IMG/VR virus record: IMGVR_UViG_3300021431_000075
Span: 448,001-512,000 of that record
Reading direction: 5' to 3' (one strand)
DNA: 64,000 nucleotides
Source of the DNA: a virus
Taxonomy: Duplodnaviria; Caudoviricetes
This document shows, piece by piece, positions 30,274 to 40,243 of this stretch. Position numbers and translations under genes: made by a program. Each line of letters starts with the position of its first letter. Positions within the stretch are counted from its first letter, which is position 1. Under the pieces are notes generated by a model. That model was given only the letters and a program-made list of their open reading frames with translations. It did not search any database and was not told the origin of the DNA.

Positions 30274-31863
30274 TTAAGATGATAAATTAGCTCCTGCTTC
30301 TCTTTCTTCAAGAATCTTCTCATAGAAAGCAAGTTCAGTATCGACATCTTTTCTGTCGTTCTTTGCCTGTTTTCTTAAGTTATAATAATGTGTGAGGATG
30401 TTCGGAAGAATTGCCGGACCTTTCTTATAGACTGCTCCGCTTTTCATCTTGATTTCATCTTCTTTCGGAACATAGTCTCCGACTACGGTCTTGTCAGTTC
30501 CATCCGGGTTCTTGCCAATGACTTTCGTATCCTTGAACAAGAATTTTTCAGGAGAGACGCCGAACTGTCTGATGATTGACGGGTACAGGCTGGCAAAGTC
30601 AAGTCCGCCGATATATCTTACGATGCTCTTGTTCACCGGGAGAACCCAAGCACCTGCATATGACTCTTGAACTTCCGGAACCTCGTGCTTCATGCTCGGG
30701 ATGACCTTGTAGTCTTCATATATGAAGTTCGATATGACAGTTTCAACAGGATTGATTGTAGAGAAAGCATCATAAGCATTGATTCTCAATATACTGGCAA
30801 GCATGAACCATATCTTTGCAGTGTTCAGTTCTTTGTCTATCTGCTCCAGAATGATGCTGTCTATGCACTGGTAGAACACATAGTCCGCAAAGAAATCCCG
30901 ATAGCCGTCCTTGAATCCCCAAGAGTGCGCTTTCTTTCCGATGCCGAGAACTCTTTTTGCGATATAGTCGAGTTTGTAATTCTCACAATGTTCGACTGTC
31001 TGGTCCCAAGTCTTGAAAACAAGAAGATAGTCATATATCAACTTGTGCAAAGGAAGTTTCAGGTTGATGGTTGCTCCGCCGCTTCTCGGAGTTATTCTGA
31101 AAGTTGTCGTGTTGTGTGTCGGACTCAGTTTCTCAAAGTCGAGATTGTTCTGCAAGCACCTGTTTCGTATGTAGAGCATATCGAAGTTCAGAAAGTTCCA
31201 ACCTGCAATTGCAGCAACATCTTTGGAGAAGTCAAGAAAGTTGTCAAGCATTGAACGTTCGTCAGGAAAGTATCTGAACTGGAATTTGTATCCTTTCGTG
31301 ATGTCGCGCTTTGTCTCGTCTGTGCATAAGTCAGGGTCTTGAGAGTAGTTCTCTATCTGATCTTGTATCCAGTTCTTTTCACGTTCAGACAAGTCTTTTC
31401 TTGACCATACGATGACATCCGGAAACTTTGACATCGCAATCGTGTTAATCGGAGTCCTTGCTTCTTCCGGTTCAGGGAAGTCATCAACGACATCGACCTC
31501 AATATCGCAGAACCAAGTGTCCGGAACGTTCATCACGAACAAAGGATCTATGTAAGAGCCGAACGAACACAGAAGTTCATTGAGCCTGTTTTCCGGAAGA
31601 ACCTTGCATGGTTTTCTTGCAACCGGCTTGTCGTCATAGCTTTTCCATTGTACTTGCTTCTGTTTTCCGTCCTTATCGATTACCATGAACGGAGGATCAG
31701 CATATTTTGGCTTTGTGTATTTCCACTCGAACATTTGTTCTGGCGGAATCGTGTAGTTCAAGAAACCGATTTTCCCCTTGTCATTGACATAGCTGACGAT
31801 GAGTTTCTTTCCGGGTTGTCCGTTCGGTAGGGTTATGTCGATTTGTTCTTTGTGTATAATCAT
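30274..31863 (-). CDS. family B DNA polymerase, N-terminal subunit (3'-5' exonuclease + motif A; split gp43A-like)
   Basis: ExoI DIE, ExoII GWNFLNFD, YKLDYIA, motif A DFASLYPSII; ends before motifs B and C. Confidence 0.88.
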   Translation of the reverse strand: MIIHKEQIDITLPNGQPGKKLIVSYVNDKGKIGFLNYTIPPEQMFEWKYTKPKYADPPFMVIDKDGKQKQVQWKSYDDKPVARKPCKVLPENRLNELLCSFGSYIDPLFVMNVPDTWFCDIEVDVVDDFPEPEEARTPINTIAMSKFPDVIVWSRKDLSEREKNWIQDQIENYSQDPDLCTDETKRDITKGYKFQFRYFPDERSMLDNFLDFSKDVAAIAGWNFLNFDMLYIRNRCLQNNLDFEKLSPTHNTTTFRITPRSGGATINLKLPLHKLIYDYLLVFKTWDQTVEHCENYKLDYIAKRVLGIGKKAHSWGFKDGYRDFFADYVFYQCIDSIILEQIDKELNTAKIWFMLASILRINAYDAFSTINPVETVISNFIYEDYKVIPSMKHEVPEVQESYAGAWVLPVNKSIVRYIGGLDFASLYPSIIRQFGVSPEKFLFKDTKVIGKNPDGTDKTVVGDYVPKEDEIKMKSGAVYKKGPAILPNILTHYYNLRKQAKNDRKDVDTELAFYEKILEEREAGANLSS

Positions 31864-31901
31864 TTTTTTCAACCATTAGAAGATGAAAATCTTCATTTCA
31901 A

Positions 31902-31929
31902 GTATACATCCTAATCAGTATATAGTTTA
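31902..31929 (-). promoter_or_regulatory. phage bipartite promoter TAAACT-N16-GTATAC
   Basis: upstream of the DNA polymerase. Confidence 0.75.
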
Positions 31930-31990
31930 AATAAAAGCTATTGGTTTTGTTAAAATCAATAGCCTTTTTAAACTATTCAGATGGCGGCGT

Positions 31991-32647
31991 TTACGGTGTG
32001 ACCGGTTTTCCTTGTTTCTTTGATTTCTTTTTCTTGCGCTTCTTTTTTGGTCTTTCGTTCTTGATGTCCACCACTGTCTGATCGAACATCCTTACTAAGT
32101 TCATTCCTGTTTCATTCAGAAGATTTATGCATTCTACACAAACCATCTGGTACTCTTTCGGAGTCGTTAATATGTCTTTTGTTTCTATGTCGATGAACAG
32201 GTTGTTCATATATTTCGGAAGCTCGAACCCGACCAGACCATTTTCATCAGTTTGTGTGACGATTGGCACGCATTGCTCATCGACATACATCATGAGGGCT
32301 TTTGTGAATATAGTGAACGTGTATGCAAGTTTGTCATATTCAACATGGTCCACATACATATAATATACGCCTTCATCTTGTACATTGCATTCTGAAAGGA
32401 ATGGCTTGTACTCGTCGCTGAATGACCAGATGTACTTGTTTTTATAGAACTCGCATATTTGGTCGATTCTTTCAATCGGAAGTTCCTTCGTTGTCTTAAG
32501 CGCCCATTCATCAATCATAATGTCATACATTTCAGGCGACAAGTGAACGACTGCATTTCCTTCATCGTCTATTTCCGTATGGCTGTTTATGATTTCTTCA
32601 ATGTTGAACTTTCCACCTGTATGTAGTTCGAAATCACCGATTTTCAT
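31991..32647 (-). CDS. hypothetical protein with Lys-rich tail
   Basis: 218-aa ORF downstream of recA. Confidence 0.75.
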   Translation of the reverse strand: MKIGDFELHTGGKFNIEEIINSHTEIDDEGNAVVHLSPEMYDIMIDEWALKTTKELPIERIDQICEFYKNKYIWSFSDEYKPFLSECNVQDEGVYYMYVDHVEYDKLAYTFTIFTKALMMYVDEQCVPIVTQTDENGLVGFELPKYMNNLFIDIETKDILTTPKEYQMVCVECINLLNETGMNLVRMFDQTVVDIKNERPKKKRKKKKSKKQGKPVTP

Positions 32648-32667
32648 AATTTAGCGATTAATGTTTT

Positions 32668-33945
32668 TTATTGTTCTTGGCTATTGTCTTCAACCTCAAC
32701 GTCATTTCCAAGATCGACCAAGTCTTCCAGTTCGTCGATGATGTCGAATGATGCTTGGTCTGGTAGTTCGAATGCAGGCTTGATGACCTTTTCGTCAAGT
32801 TCATGTAGGAACTCATCTGTGAAAACTTCCGGAGTCCAGAGACCTGTCAGTGGAACAGTCTTTCCAAGATGCCCGATGACAAGATTTCTTGCCGTTTCTT
32901 TTTCTTGGCAGTGAAGTGTCTGACCGTTGAACTCCCAAGAGTGAATCGTATCAGAGTCGCCTCCTGCTTTCTTCCATTCAGATTCAGAGAGGATTGAACC
33001 TCGGCAAATATGTGAAGTTTCCCAGTTGATATAGCTTTCCAGCCCGATGAACTTGTTGCTTGGAGCATGGTAGCTGATTGAGAATCTCACTTTTCTTGGA
33101 ATCGTGAAACGGGACTTTTCCACTTTCGCAGTCACCAAGACGCCGCTCTTTAGAACATCATCCTTGTTTGCCGCTTTCTCTGTCGCGTCAACAGCAGCCT
33201 TGTCCTGAAGTTTCGATGGAGAGAGCATAAGCGTGACTGACGAGTTGTAGTTGATTCCTGAACCGCCGCTGACAACACTCGTAGGGACATATGCGCCGAT
33301 TGTTTGGTATATGTGGGAAATAACCACGAAGATGATTCCGTTTCTTGCCATCGGAGTTGCATTGACACGGAAAAGAGCCTTGATGTTCTGTGCGCGAGTC
33401 ATATCTCTTTTGTCGCCGGCATTATCGAGCGTGTCTGCGAGTTCCTTGGTCGAGGTCAGGTTTCCGAGCGAATCAAGAACGATAAGGAACTTGTGGGCAG
33501 AACCGTACTTTGCTCGCATATCATCAAGGTTTTTGCAAGTGTTTGCAAGAATTTCAGATACTTCGGTTACAGTGTTGACCTGCTTAATCATGACTTTCGA
33601 AGTATCAACGCCGATTCGTCTCATGAAAGACTTGTCCATCGCGCCTTCCGAGTCAAGATACAAGATATTGTAGCCTTCGTTTTGCGCCTCACGACATATG
33701 TTACAAGCAAGGAATGACTTACCTGAACCCGGAACGCCGGCAAGTGTTGTTACACGACCGGACGGGATGCCGCCGAACAGACTTCCGCTGATTGCCGCAT
33801 TCAGCAGATAGTTTCCTGTTGAAATCCATTCGTTGATGTTGCTGTATGACGATTCCTCGATGATTTCGATATTGTCATCAATTCCTTTCATCATTTCAAA
33901 CACGTCAGGTAGTTCTCCTTCTTTCGTTACTTTCTTTTTAGCCAT
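32668..33945 (-). CDS. recA: RecA/UvsX-like recombinase
   Basis: ISTGNYLLN, Walker A GVPGSGKS, YLDSE, IVLDSLG, SGGSG. Confidence 0.92.
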   Translation of the reverse strand: MAKKKVTKEGELPDVFEMMKGIDDNIEIIEESSYSNINEWISTGNYLLNAAISGSLFGGIPSGRVTTLAGVPGSGKSFLACNICREAQNEGYNILYLDSEGAMDKSFMRRIGVDTSKVMIKQVNTVTEVSEILANTCKNLDDMRAKYGSAHKFLIVLDSLGNLTSTKELADTLDNAGDKRDMTRAQNIKALFRVNATPMARNGIIFVVISHIYQTIGAYVPTSVVSGGSGINYNSSVTLMLSPSKLQDKAAVDATEKAANKDDVLKSGVLVTAKVEKSRFTIPRKVRFSISYHAPSNKFIGLESYINWETSHICRGSILSESEWKKAGGDSDTIHSWEFNGQTLHCQEKETARNLVIGHLGKTVPLTGLWTPEVFTDEFLHELDEKVIKPAFELPDQASFDIIDELEDLVDLGNDVEVEDNSQEQ

Positions 33946-34175
33946 TTTCTGAAAAAGTTTTTGAGTTTCAAGAATATGTTTATATTACGTTTATGTTTAT
34001 GATTGTTGTCATTGCTGTTTTCTTTTAGTTGCTTGATGGTCTTGTCGTTTGTCTTGATGCCGTCAAGACTCATCATTTCTTTATACATCTCGTTGACATA
34101 GATGTTGAGATTTTGCCGGCTGTCTTGGATGGAACCGGCTTGAATTGTGCCTTGTGTATGTTTTCGAGATGGCAT
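33927..34175 (-). CDS. small hypothetical protein
   Basis: 82-aa ORF between promoter and recA; start uncertain. Confidence 0.4.
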   Translation of the reverse strand: MPSRKHTQGTIQAGSIQDSRQNLNIYVNEMYKEMMSLDGIKTNDKTIKQLKENSNDNNHKHKRNINIFLKLKNFFRKWLKRK

Positions 34176-34204
34176 GCGATAAAAGAAACCATTAAGTCAA
34201 AAGA

Positions 34205-34232
34205 GTATACTTGATATTGTTTGTTTAGTTTA
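34205..34232 (-). promoter_or_regulatory. phage bipartite promoter TAAACT-N16-GTATAC
   Basis: upstream of the recA operon. Confidence 0.75.
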
Positions 34233-34427
34233 AAAATCTTCAAACTAAAATTATAAAAATTTCCACAAAGTCAAATTCAAGAAAATGCATAATGATAAAT
34301 ACAAAAAGCGAGCTGAACGTGTTTCGGCTTTGCGAAAAACGGAAAAACACATACTATTATATGTTGTTTCCGAGAGATTCGGAAAACCGAAACTAACCAA
34401 TTAAAAAACCAACAATTCACTTAATAA

Positions 34428-35219
34428 ATGGATACTGTTGAAATGTTTTATGGCGACTCGCCGCTTGTTAAAGTATCTTTCTCTTATGGAACCATAGAAG
34501 AAGCAGCAAACGACTTGACTCCGGGTGCTTTGTCTTTCGGCTATGATGAAGCAACTAAGGCTGGTGCTGTTTTCAGAGTTGGAAAACTCGTCTCATCAAA
34601 GGTTCTTGATGTTGTCATTTCTGATACAGAGACTGATGGTGTCGGTCTTGTGTCTGTCAAGTATATTGACTATGATGGAACCGTAAAGGTACACACGTTC
34701 AATTCTGTTTCAGAAAGTAAGATTAACGAACTCTCTCAGCAGATTGGCGAAGCAGGGAATACTTACACGCAAGGAAGATTTATTGTCATTTCTGACGAAA
34801 ATGAAATTAGTGTCAACTACGATGAACTGTACCAGAGTGTTAAGGATGAACTGGAAAATGACGGAATCGGAAGCGCAGATGCAATCATCGAGGCTTTCGG
34901 TAACAGACTTGCTGCGATAGAAGATGGTTATGTCAGTGGTATTGAAGAAGAAGTTGTCGAGGGTAATGACTACACGACCGTTAAGTTCACTACGAAGTCA
35001 AAGGAAGATGCTGCGTCTGAACCGACTGTTTCAACTGTGGAGATAAAGTCTCCGAATGCTGACTTTTATAACAAGGTCAATGATGCGATTGCTGAAATTG
35101 AAAGTCTCGATACTTCGGTGAACGCACGTTTGGGAGAGATAGAAAACGAGATAGAAAGCATTGACGTGAACACACTTGAGTGGATGAATGTTCACGACTT
35201 GCTGGAAAATTATGATTGA
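34428..35219 (+). CDS. fibre/decoration-like virion protein, paralog 1
   Basis: shared N-domain (FGYDEAT...VSSKVLD), coiled coil, terminal LEW; GATAAATA at 34294. Confidence 0.7.
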   Translation: MDTVEMFYGDSPLVKVSFSYGTIEEAANDLTPGALSFGYDEATKAGAVFRVGKLVSSKVLDVVISDTETDGVGLVSVKYIDYDGTVKVHTFNSVSESKINELSQQIGEAGNTYTQGRFIVISDENEISVNYDELYQSVKDELENDGIGSADAIIEAFGNRLAAIEDGYVSGIEEEVVEGNDYTTVKFTTKSKEDAASEPTVSTVEIKSPNADFYNKVNDAIAEIESLDTSVNARLGEIENEIESIDVNTLEWMNVHDLLENYD

Positions 35220-35260
35220 TTACGAAATACACAAAATGCTATAAAATATAAATTCTAATA

Positions 35261-37177
35261 ATGCTTATGAATTCAAAAAATTTGATTCTTAAGAACATAA
35301 TTGACACAGAACCGGTGCTTGGTGCTGCTCCTTCAAATTCGAATGTTGTTAAGTTCGCGTTTACAGAGAATGCATCAAAGATTGCAACTGCGGAACAGGG
35401 TCAGATTTTGTTCTCACATATTCCTGCACTTGGCATTGATGGTTCTACCGGTGTTATATATGTAGGCGACCAGATTGTATCGTCTAAAGTTCTTGATGCT
35501 TCGTTTGTTGATCATTATGTTGAAGGCACAGTAAGCGGTACATATCTTTACGATAATGGTTTGTATTATGCAGATAATGACGAAAACATACCTACAGGTG
35601 TTAATAAAGTTGCAAAACAGACTGTTACTGTTCAGTATGTCAATGTTGCAAATGCTGTTGTTAGTGCATCGTTTGACAATGTTAATCCTGAGCTTGCACA
35701 GGCATTTGTAAAGGCACAGGCTGCTGCTGATGCTGAACGTTTGAACGACCTTGATGCTTCGGTAACGGAAATCAAGACATTTATTAAGAGTGATGCGGTT
35801 GTAACTGCTGCTGACAATTCTTCAAATGCTGTTATTGTTAATCATAGTGATGATACAAATGGTTATACATCTTACACTGTTGATGTTAAGGTAGATGATA
35901 AAACTATTAAGATTGACGGTACTTCTAAGGCAATTAAGGCTCCTAAGAGTATTGATGTTTCTGCTGGTGGAACTGGCGAAGAAGGAAAGAACTTCATCGT
36001 TTTGAAGAATGCCAATGGAGAAATAGAGAGTGCTATTGATGTTGCTAATATTATTGGTAACGGTATTGTACAGTCTGCTACTTATAATCCGGCAGATAAT
36101 AAACTCACAATCGTTTGGACTACTGCAACTGGTGATCAGGATACCGTAATTGATTTGGGTGCTTTGCTTGACATCAATGACGTGTTTATTGCAAATGATT
36201 CATCTGCTTATCTTGGCGTTACTCTTTCTGCAAGTACAATGACTCTTGCTACAAAAGTTCAAGACATTTCTACTGCTGATAAAGATAATACTGGTTTGCT
36301 TGATGCTTCTACAACTAAGACTTGGATTCTTGACCAGTTGAAAAATACAGAAATTGATGCTGCTGGTGACGACTATATTGATGTATCTATTGATTCCGAA
36401 AATAACAAGAAGGTTAATGTTTCTGCAAATGTTGCAGATTTGGAATATACAGCGGCTACAGCTTCTTCACATGCAACGTTGAGCGGAACTGTAAACACTC
36501 TTGTCGATGGTAGTCAAGCAGCAACTGCAATTTCCAATTTTGTAAACGGTAGATTGGATGCTTCTATTTCTGCTCTTGATGCAGAACAAAGCGGTAAGGA
36601 TGTAAATGTTAGTGTCGGTGTTACAGAAGTTGATGGTGTCATTACAGATGTTACAGTTACAGAAACTTATGCTACTGTTAGTTATACAGATAATGATACT
36701 ACATCTTGGAGTGTTACAACTCCTGCTGGTCTTGTTACTGGTAACGATCTTAACACATTGAAGAATTATGTAGATGACAAAGTTGAAGCTGCTGATTCGT
36801 CAGTTACTGTTAAAGAAAAAGAAACAGGAAATTATGTTTCCGTAACGATTGCAGAACTTGATGGTAAGTTAGATCAAGCAACTTCTTCAATGAGTGTTAC
36901 TTATGCAGATTATGCTAATACAACTGCTGGTATCGCAACTGACGCTTATGTAACTGCAGCAATTCAAGCTCTTGATCTTGCTTCTACCGCTACTGGTGCA
37001 AGTGCTCATGATGCAAGTTCTTTGGTAACAGTTACTATTTCTGAGACTGATGGTATCGTTAATATGAATAGTGTTGAAGTTAAGGTACATGAAGTTGCTA
37101 CTGCATCGGCTGACACTGACGGTCTTGCAACTGCAAAGGCTGTTAAGGATGCTCTTACTTGGTCTATTATTTCATAA
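35261..37177 (+). CDS. fibre-like virion protein, paralog 2
   Basis: shared N-domain, VDDKTIK and GLATAKAVK fibre-type motifs, A/T/V/D-rich. Confidence 0.75.
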   Translation: MLMNSKNLILKNIIDTEPVLGAAPSNSNVVKFAFTENASKIATAEQGQILFSHIPALGIDGSTGVIYVGDQIVSSKVLDASFVDHYVEGTVSGTYLYDNGLYYADNDENIPTGVNKVAKQTVTVQYVNVANAVVSASFDNVNPELAQAFVKAQAAADAERLNDLDASVTEIKTFIKSDAVVTAADNSSNAVIVNHSDDTNGYTSYTVDVKVDDKTIKIDGTSKAIKAPKSIDVSAGGTGEEGKNFIVLKNANGEIESAIDVANIIGNGIVQSATYNPADNKLTIVWTTATGDQDTVIDLGALLDINDVFIANDSSAYLGVTLSASTMTLATKVQDISTADKDNTGLLDASTTKTWILDQLKNTEIDAAGDDYIDVSIDSENNKKVNVSANVADLEYTAATASSHATLSGTVNTLVDGSQAATAISNFVNGRLDASISALDAEQSGKDVNVSVGVTEVDGVITDVTVTETYATVSYTDNDTTSWSVTTPAGLVTGNDLNTLKNYVDDKVEAADSSVTVKEKETGNYVSVTIAELDGKLDQATSSMSVTYADYANTTAGIATDAYVTAAIQALDLASTATGASAHDASSLVTVTISETDGIVNMNSVEVKVHEVATASADTDGLATAKAVKDALTWSIIS

Positions 37178-37198
37178 AAAACTAATAATTTATTATAC

Positions 37199-37232
37199 AA
37201 AAGAGATGCAATAGAAATTGCATCTCTTTTTT
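37199..37232 (+). terminator. intrinsic terminator
   Basis: AAAGAGATGCAAT-agaa-ATTGCATCTCTTT followed by a T run. Confidence 0.8.
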
Positions 37233-37297
37233 TTATAGTCATTTTTGAGAAATGCGGAAAAGATAAATATAAAAAGTAAAAAGTTATTCCAATAAAA

Positions 37298-38866
37298 ATG
37301 ATTCACAAACATTCGATAACAAAGAATATATTGGACGCAACTCCCGTGATTCTCGGTGCCGCACAAGGAAGCGATATGGTTACGTTTGCTTATGGTTCAC
37401 TCACAAAAGCACTCAATAGAACACAAAGTGGTGAAATCGAATTCGGTTATGATGAAGCAACTGGCGGTGGTCAGATTCTTGTCGGTGGTACGCCTGTGAC
37501 ATCCAAGATTCTCGACATTACATCTGTTCAGAAAGCAAATGCTTCTACAGGTGTAAAAACTATTACATTTACTTATGTAGATCCTGAACAAAAAGCAGGC
37601 ACTGGTAAAAGTACTTCAACATTTGAAGTAGTTGACGAGGCTGCCGCTAAGAGTTTTGTTACAGATTTAAGTACTGCACTTATCGGTGCTGCTAATGATG
37701 CATCCAGTCTTGATACAATTAATGCTGCTAAGAACTATGCAAAAGCCGCAGGTTGGACTATTGCTTATGATAATACTACTGATTCAAACAACCCAGTAAT
37801 TCAGTTGAAGAGTCAAGGTGGTACAGTAATTTCATCTATTTCAGCCAAAGCCTTTATCAAGGACGGTATGCTCAATTCAGCTACATTAGTTACTGAAAAA
37901 ACTGGTGAGGCGGCAGGTTCTGGTCCTTGGATTAAACTTACTTGGAATACAGATGCCGGTAAGGAAGATACTTATATTAATGTTCATTCGCTTGTTGATA
38001 CTTATACGACTGACAGAACAGACCAATTGTCAATTAGTGGTTATAAGATTAATCCTATAACTGCTGATCCTGCTGATTTGACAACCGGTACTCTTGATAG
38101 TTCAGCACTTGCTACTGCTGGACAAGTTAAGGCATATGTTGACGCAAAAGTTTCTGATAAGAATGTATCTGCTACTGGTGAAACTGGTGATAGTGCTCTT
38201 GTTACTGCATCTGCTAATAACAATGCAGTTACTGTTGGTTCTACTACAAAACTTCAGACTGCTGTTGATCTTGCTGAAACTGCTGTTCAGACTATATCAG
38301 AAGGTTCAAGCACCGAATCATATGTTGCTCTTACTGTTGGCACAAAGACAGATAGAGCTGTTGCAATCTCAATCAGTGATGCTGCTCTTGTAACAAAGAT
38401 TAATGCAATGGATGTATCTATTAACAATAACAATGCATCTATTGTTAGTCTTAATACATCAGTTAATGGATTAGAAACAAAAGTAAATGGTGGCTTATCA
38501 ACAGACAATGCAGATACTTATGTTAATGTTGCAATTGATTCTACAAATAAGTTCAAGATTGATGTAACTTCAAAAGAACCGCTTATAACTGCTGTTGCAA
38601 ATGCAAATAGTGCGGTTCAAAATGGTTCTGTTGGTACAAACGCAAAAGGGTTCTTGACTAATTCAAAAGGTACAGCAGGTACTGCTGATTCATCTAATTT
38701 GATTGTTAATTTTGTTAATGCTCCTATTAACACTTCTGCTAATCTTGGTGATTTGGGTTCTGGTGAAGGTACTACAACATTAGTAACTGCAAGAGCAATC
38801 AAGGATTTCGTAGATTCAAAGACTTCTGCTGCACTCAGTTGGATTATGCTTGACCCGCAATCATAA
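37298..38866 (+). CDS. fibre-like virion protein, paralog 3
   Basis: shared N-domain, FIKDGML, LATAGQVKAYVD, terminal LSW; GATAAATA at 37262. Confidence 0.75.
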   Translation: MIHKHSITKNILDATPVILGAAQGSDMVTFAYGSLTKALNRTQSGEIEFGYDEATGGGQILVGGTPVTSKILDITSVQKANASTGVKTITFTYVDPEQKAGTGKSTSTFEVVDEAAAKSFVTDLSTALIGAANDASSLDTINAAKNYAKAAGWTIAYDNTTDSNNPVIQLKSQGGTVISSISAKAFIKDGMLNSATLVTEKTGEAAGSGPWIKLTWNTDAGKEDTYINVHSLVDTYTTDRTDQLSISGYKINPITADPADLTTGTLDSSALATAGQVKAYVDAKVSDKNVSATGETGDSALVTASANNNAVTVGSTTKLQTAVDLAETAVQTISEGSSTESYVALTVGTKTDRAVAISISDAALVTKINAMDVSINNNNASIVSLNTSVNGLETKVNGGLSTDNADTYVNVAIDSTNKFKIDVTSKEPLITAVANANSAVQNGSVGTNAKGFLTNSKGTAGTADSSNLIVNFVNAPINTSANLGDLGSGEGTTTLVTARAIKDFVDSKTSAALSWIMLDPQS

Positions 38867-38895
38867 TTCTTAATCAAAGTACATAATACTCACAC

Positions 38896-38929
38896 AAAGG
38901 CTTGCAATTTCAAAACTTGCAAGCCTTTC
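38896..38929 (+). terminator. intrinsic terminator
   Basis: AAAGGCTTGCAA...TTGCAAGCCTTT. Confidence 0.7.
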
Positions 38930-39029
38930 TTAATTATTGTTAAATTTATTATCTTTTATATGTTCATCTCAATGTTTTCTTGATTTTTATTATTATATTT
39001 GCACAATCAATCTTAAACTCAAAAGAACA

Positions 39030-39698
39030 ATGGTATTTACAGACGAACAACTATTAGATATGAAGAACGAGTACATCTCGCTTCTTCGCTCGACAAACAG
39101 GAAAGGAATCGAGAACCTGATTAACTGGCTTGACACGAAGTCGGATTTTTTCTATGCTCCTGCCAGCACATACTATCACAACTCTGTCAAAGGCGGTCTT
39201 GTGAACCACTCTCTTAATGTCTATAAGGCAGCAAAGCACATTCTTGAAGGAGCCAAGCTTCTTGCAATTCCGGAAAAGAACATCAGTTCGATAACAGAAG
39301 ATTCCCTTATCATCTGCACACTTCTCCATGACTTATGCAAGACCAATTTTTATTCTCCTGTTCAGAAAGTCTGGAAAGACGAGTCGCTTCCATCTCCGCA
39401 ATGCTGGAAGAAGTACATGTCATATGAAATCAAGGACCGATTCCCTGTCGGACACGGTGAGAAGTCTGTCATCATGGCACAAGTCTTCATATCGCTCACT
39501 GCTTCTGAAATCTGTGCAATCAGGTGGCATATGGGTTTCACAGACTGCGGTTCATTTCTCTCTCCATATGAGAAGCCTGCGCTCATGGCTGCAATGAATG
39601 ACATTCCGCTTGTCGGAATCGTTGCGGAAGCAGACCACTTTGCATCGTTCATGATGGAACCTGAAATCAACCAGAAAGTTGATTGTCAAGTTTTCTAA
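39030..39698 (+). CDS. HD-domain phosphohydrolase
   Basis: FFYAPAS..YH...GGLVNHSLNV, LLHDLCK, GHGEKSV, IRWHMG; TATATTTG promoter at 38994-39001 supports ATG 39030. Confidence 0.88.
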   Translation: MVFTDEQLLDMKNEYISLLRSTNRKGIENLINWLDTKSDFFYAPASTYYHNSVKGGLVNHSLNVYKAAKHILEGAKLLAIPEKNISSITEDSLIICTLLHDLCKTNFYSPVQKVWKDESLPSPQCWKKYMSYEIKDRFPVGHGEKSVIMAQVFISLTASEICAIRWHMGFTDCGSFLSPYEKPALMAAMNDIPLVGIVAEADHFASFMMEPEINQKVDCQVF

Positions 39699-39758
39699 CT
39701 AACTTATAACTAACCAATTAAAAAAGAGACTTCGTTTTTTTTGAAGTCTCTTTATTTT

Positions 39759-39830
39759 TTAGGCGAGAGCATCGCATAATAAGGCTTTGCTTTTTTCAAG
39801 AGTTTGTTCGCATTTCTCTTTATAATCCAT
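39759..39830 (-). pseudogene. 23-codon gene remnant (MDYKEKCEQTLEKSKALLCDALA)
   Basis: hand-translated; resembles MDYKEKYEQALE-type N-termini of Bacteroidetes phage proteins; cut off by a terminator. Confidence 0.35.
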
Positions 39831-39843
39831 AATTATTTTGTTT

Positions 39844-40230
39844 TTAAAAGCTATACATATCCTTTGGAGCTTCTAATGCAAGACCTTTTTGAATAAGCCC
39901 TCTATAATCGAGGAAATGAGCGTTAAGCCAATCTATAAATAATGAAGCGTCATATGCATGATTAATTCTTGTTAAGTAAAAATTGTATTGAGACTTTTCC
40001 TCCTCAGTCATTGACGAAATGGTTCTAAGATAAGGCTTAATCTCACTTATTTTATAAAAAGTATATGGGGTGAAATTAGAATCGCTAACAGGCGAAACTT
40101 GTATATTTTTGTGGCTAACCGACTCAATATATGCATCATATTTGATAGTTCCGTCAGTTACGGACACAATTATACCATATGAATATCTTGCACTGAGGTC
40201 TTTCAACAATTCTCTTTCTTCTTGTGTCAT
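39844..40230 (-). CDS. Bacteroidetes-phage-type hypothetical protein
   Basis: MTQEERELLKDLSARYSYG...IKPYLR..SSMTEEE...DYRGLI..GLALEAP; AT-rich. Confidence 0.75.
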   Translation of the reverse strand: MTQEERELLKDLSARYSYGIIVSVTDGTIKYDAYIESVSHKNIQVSPVSDSNFTPYTFYKISEIKPYLRTISSMTEEEKSQYNFYLTRINHAYDASLFIDWLNAHFLDYRGLIQKGLALEAPKDMYSF

Positions 40231-40243
40231 AATTTATGTTACA

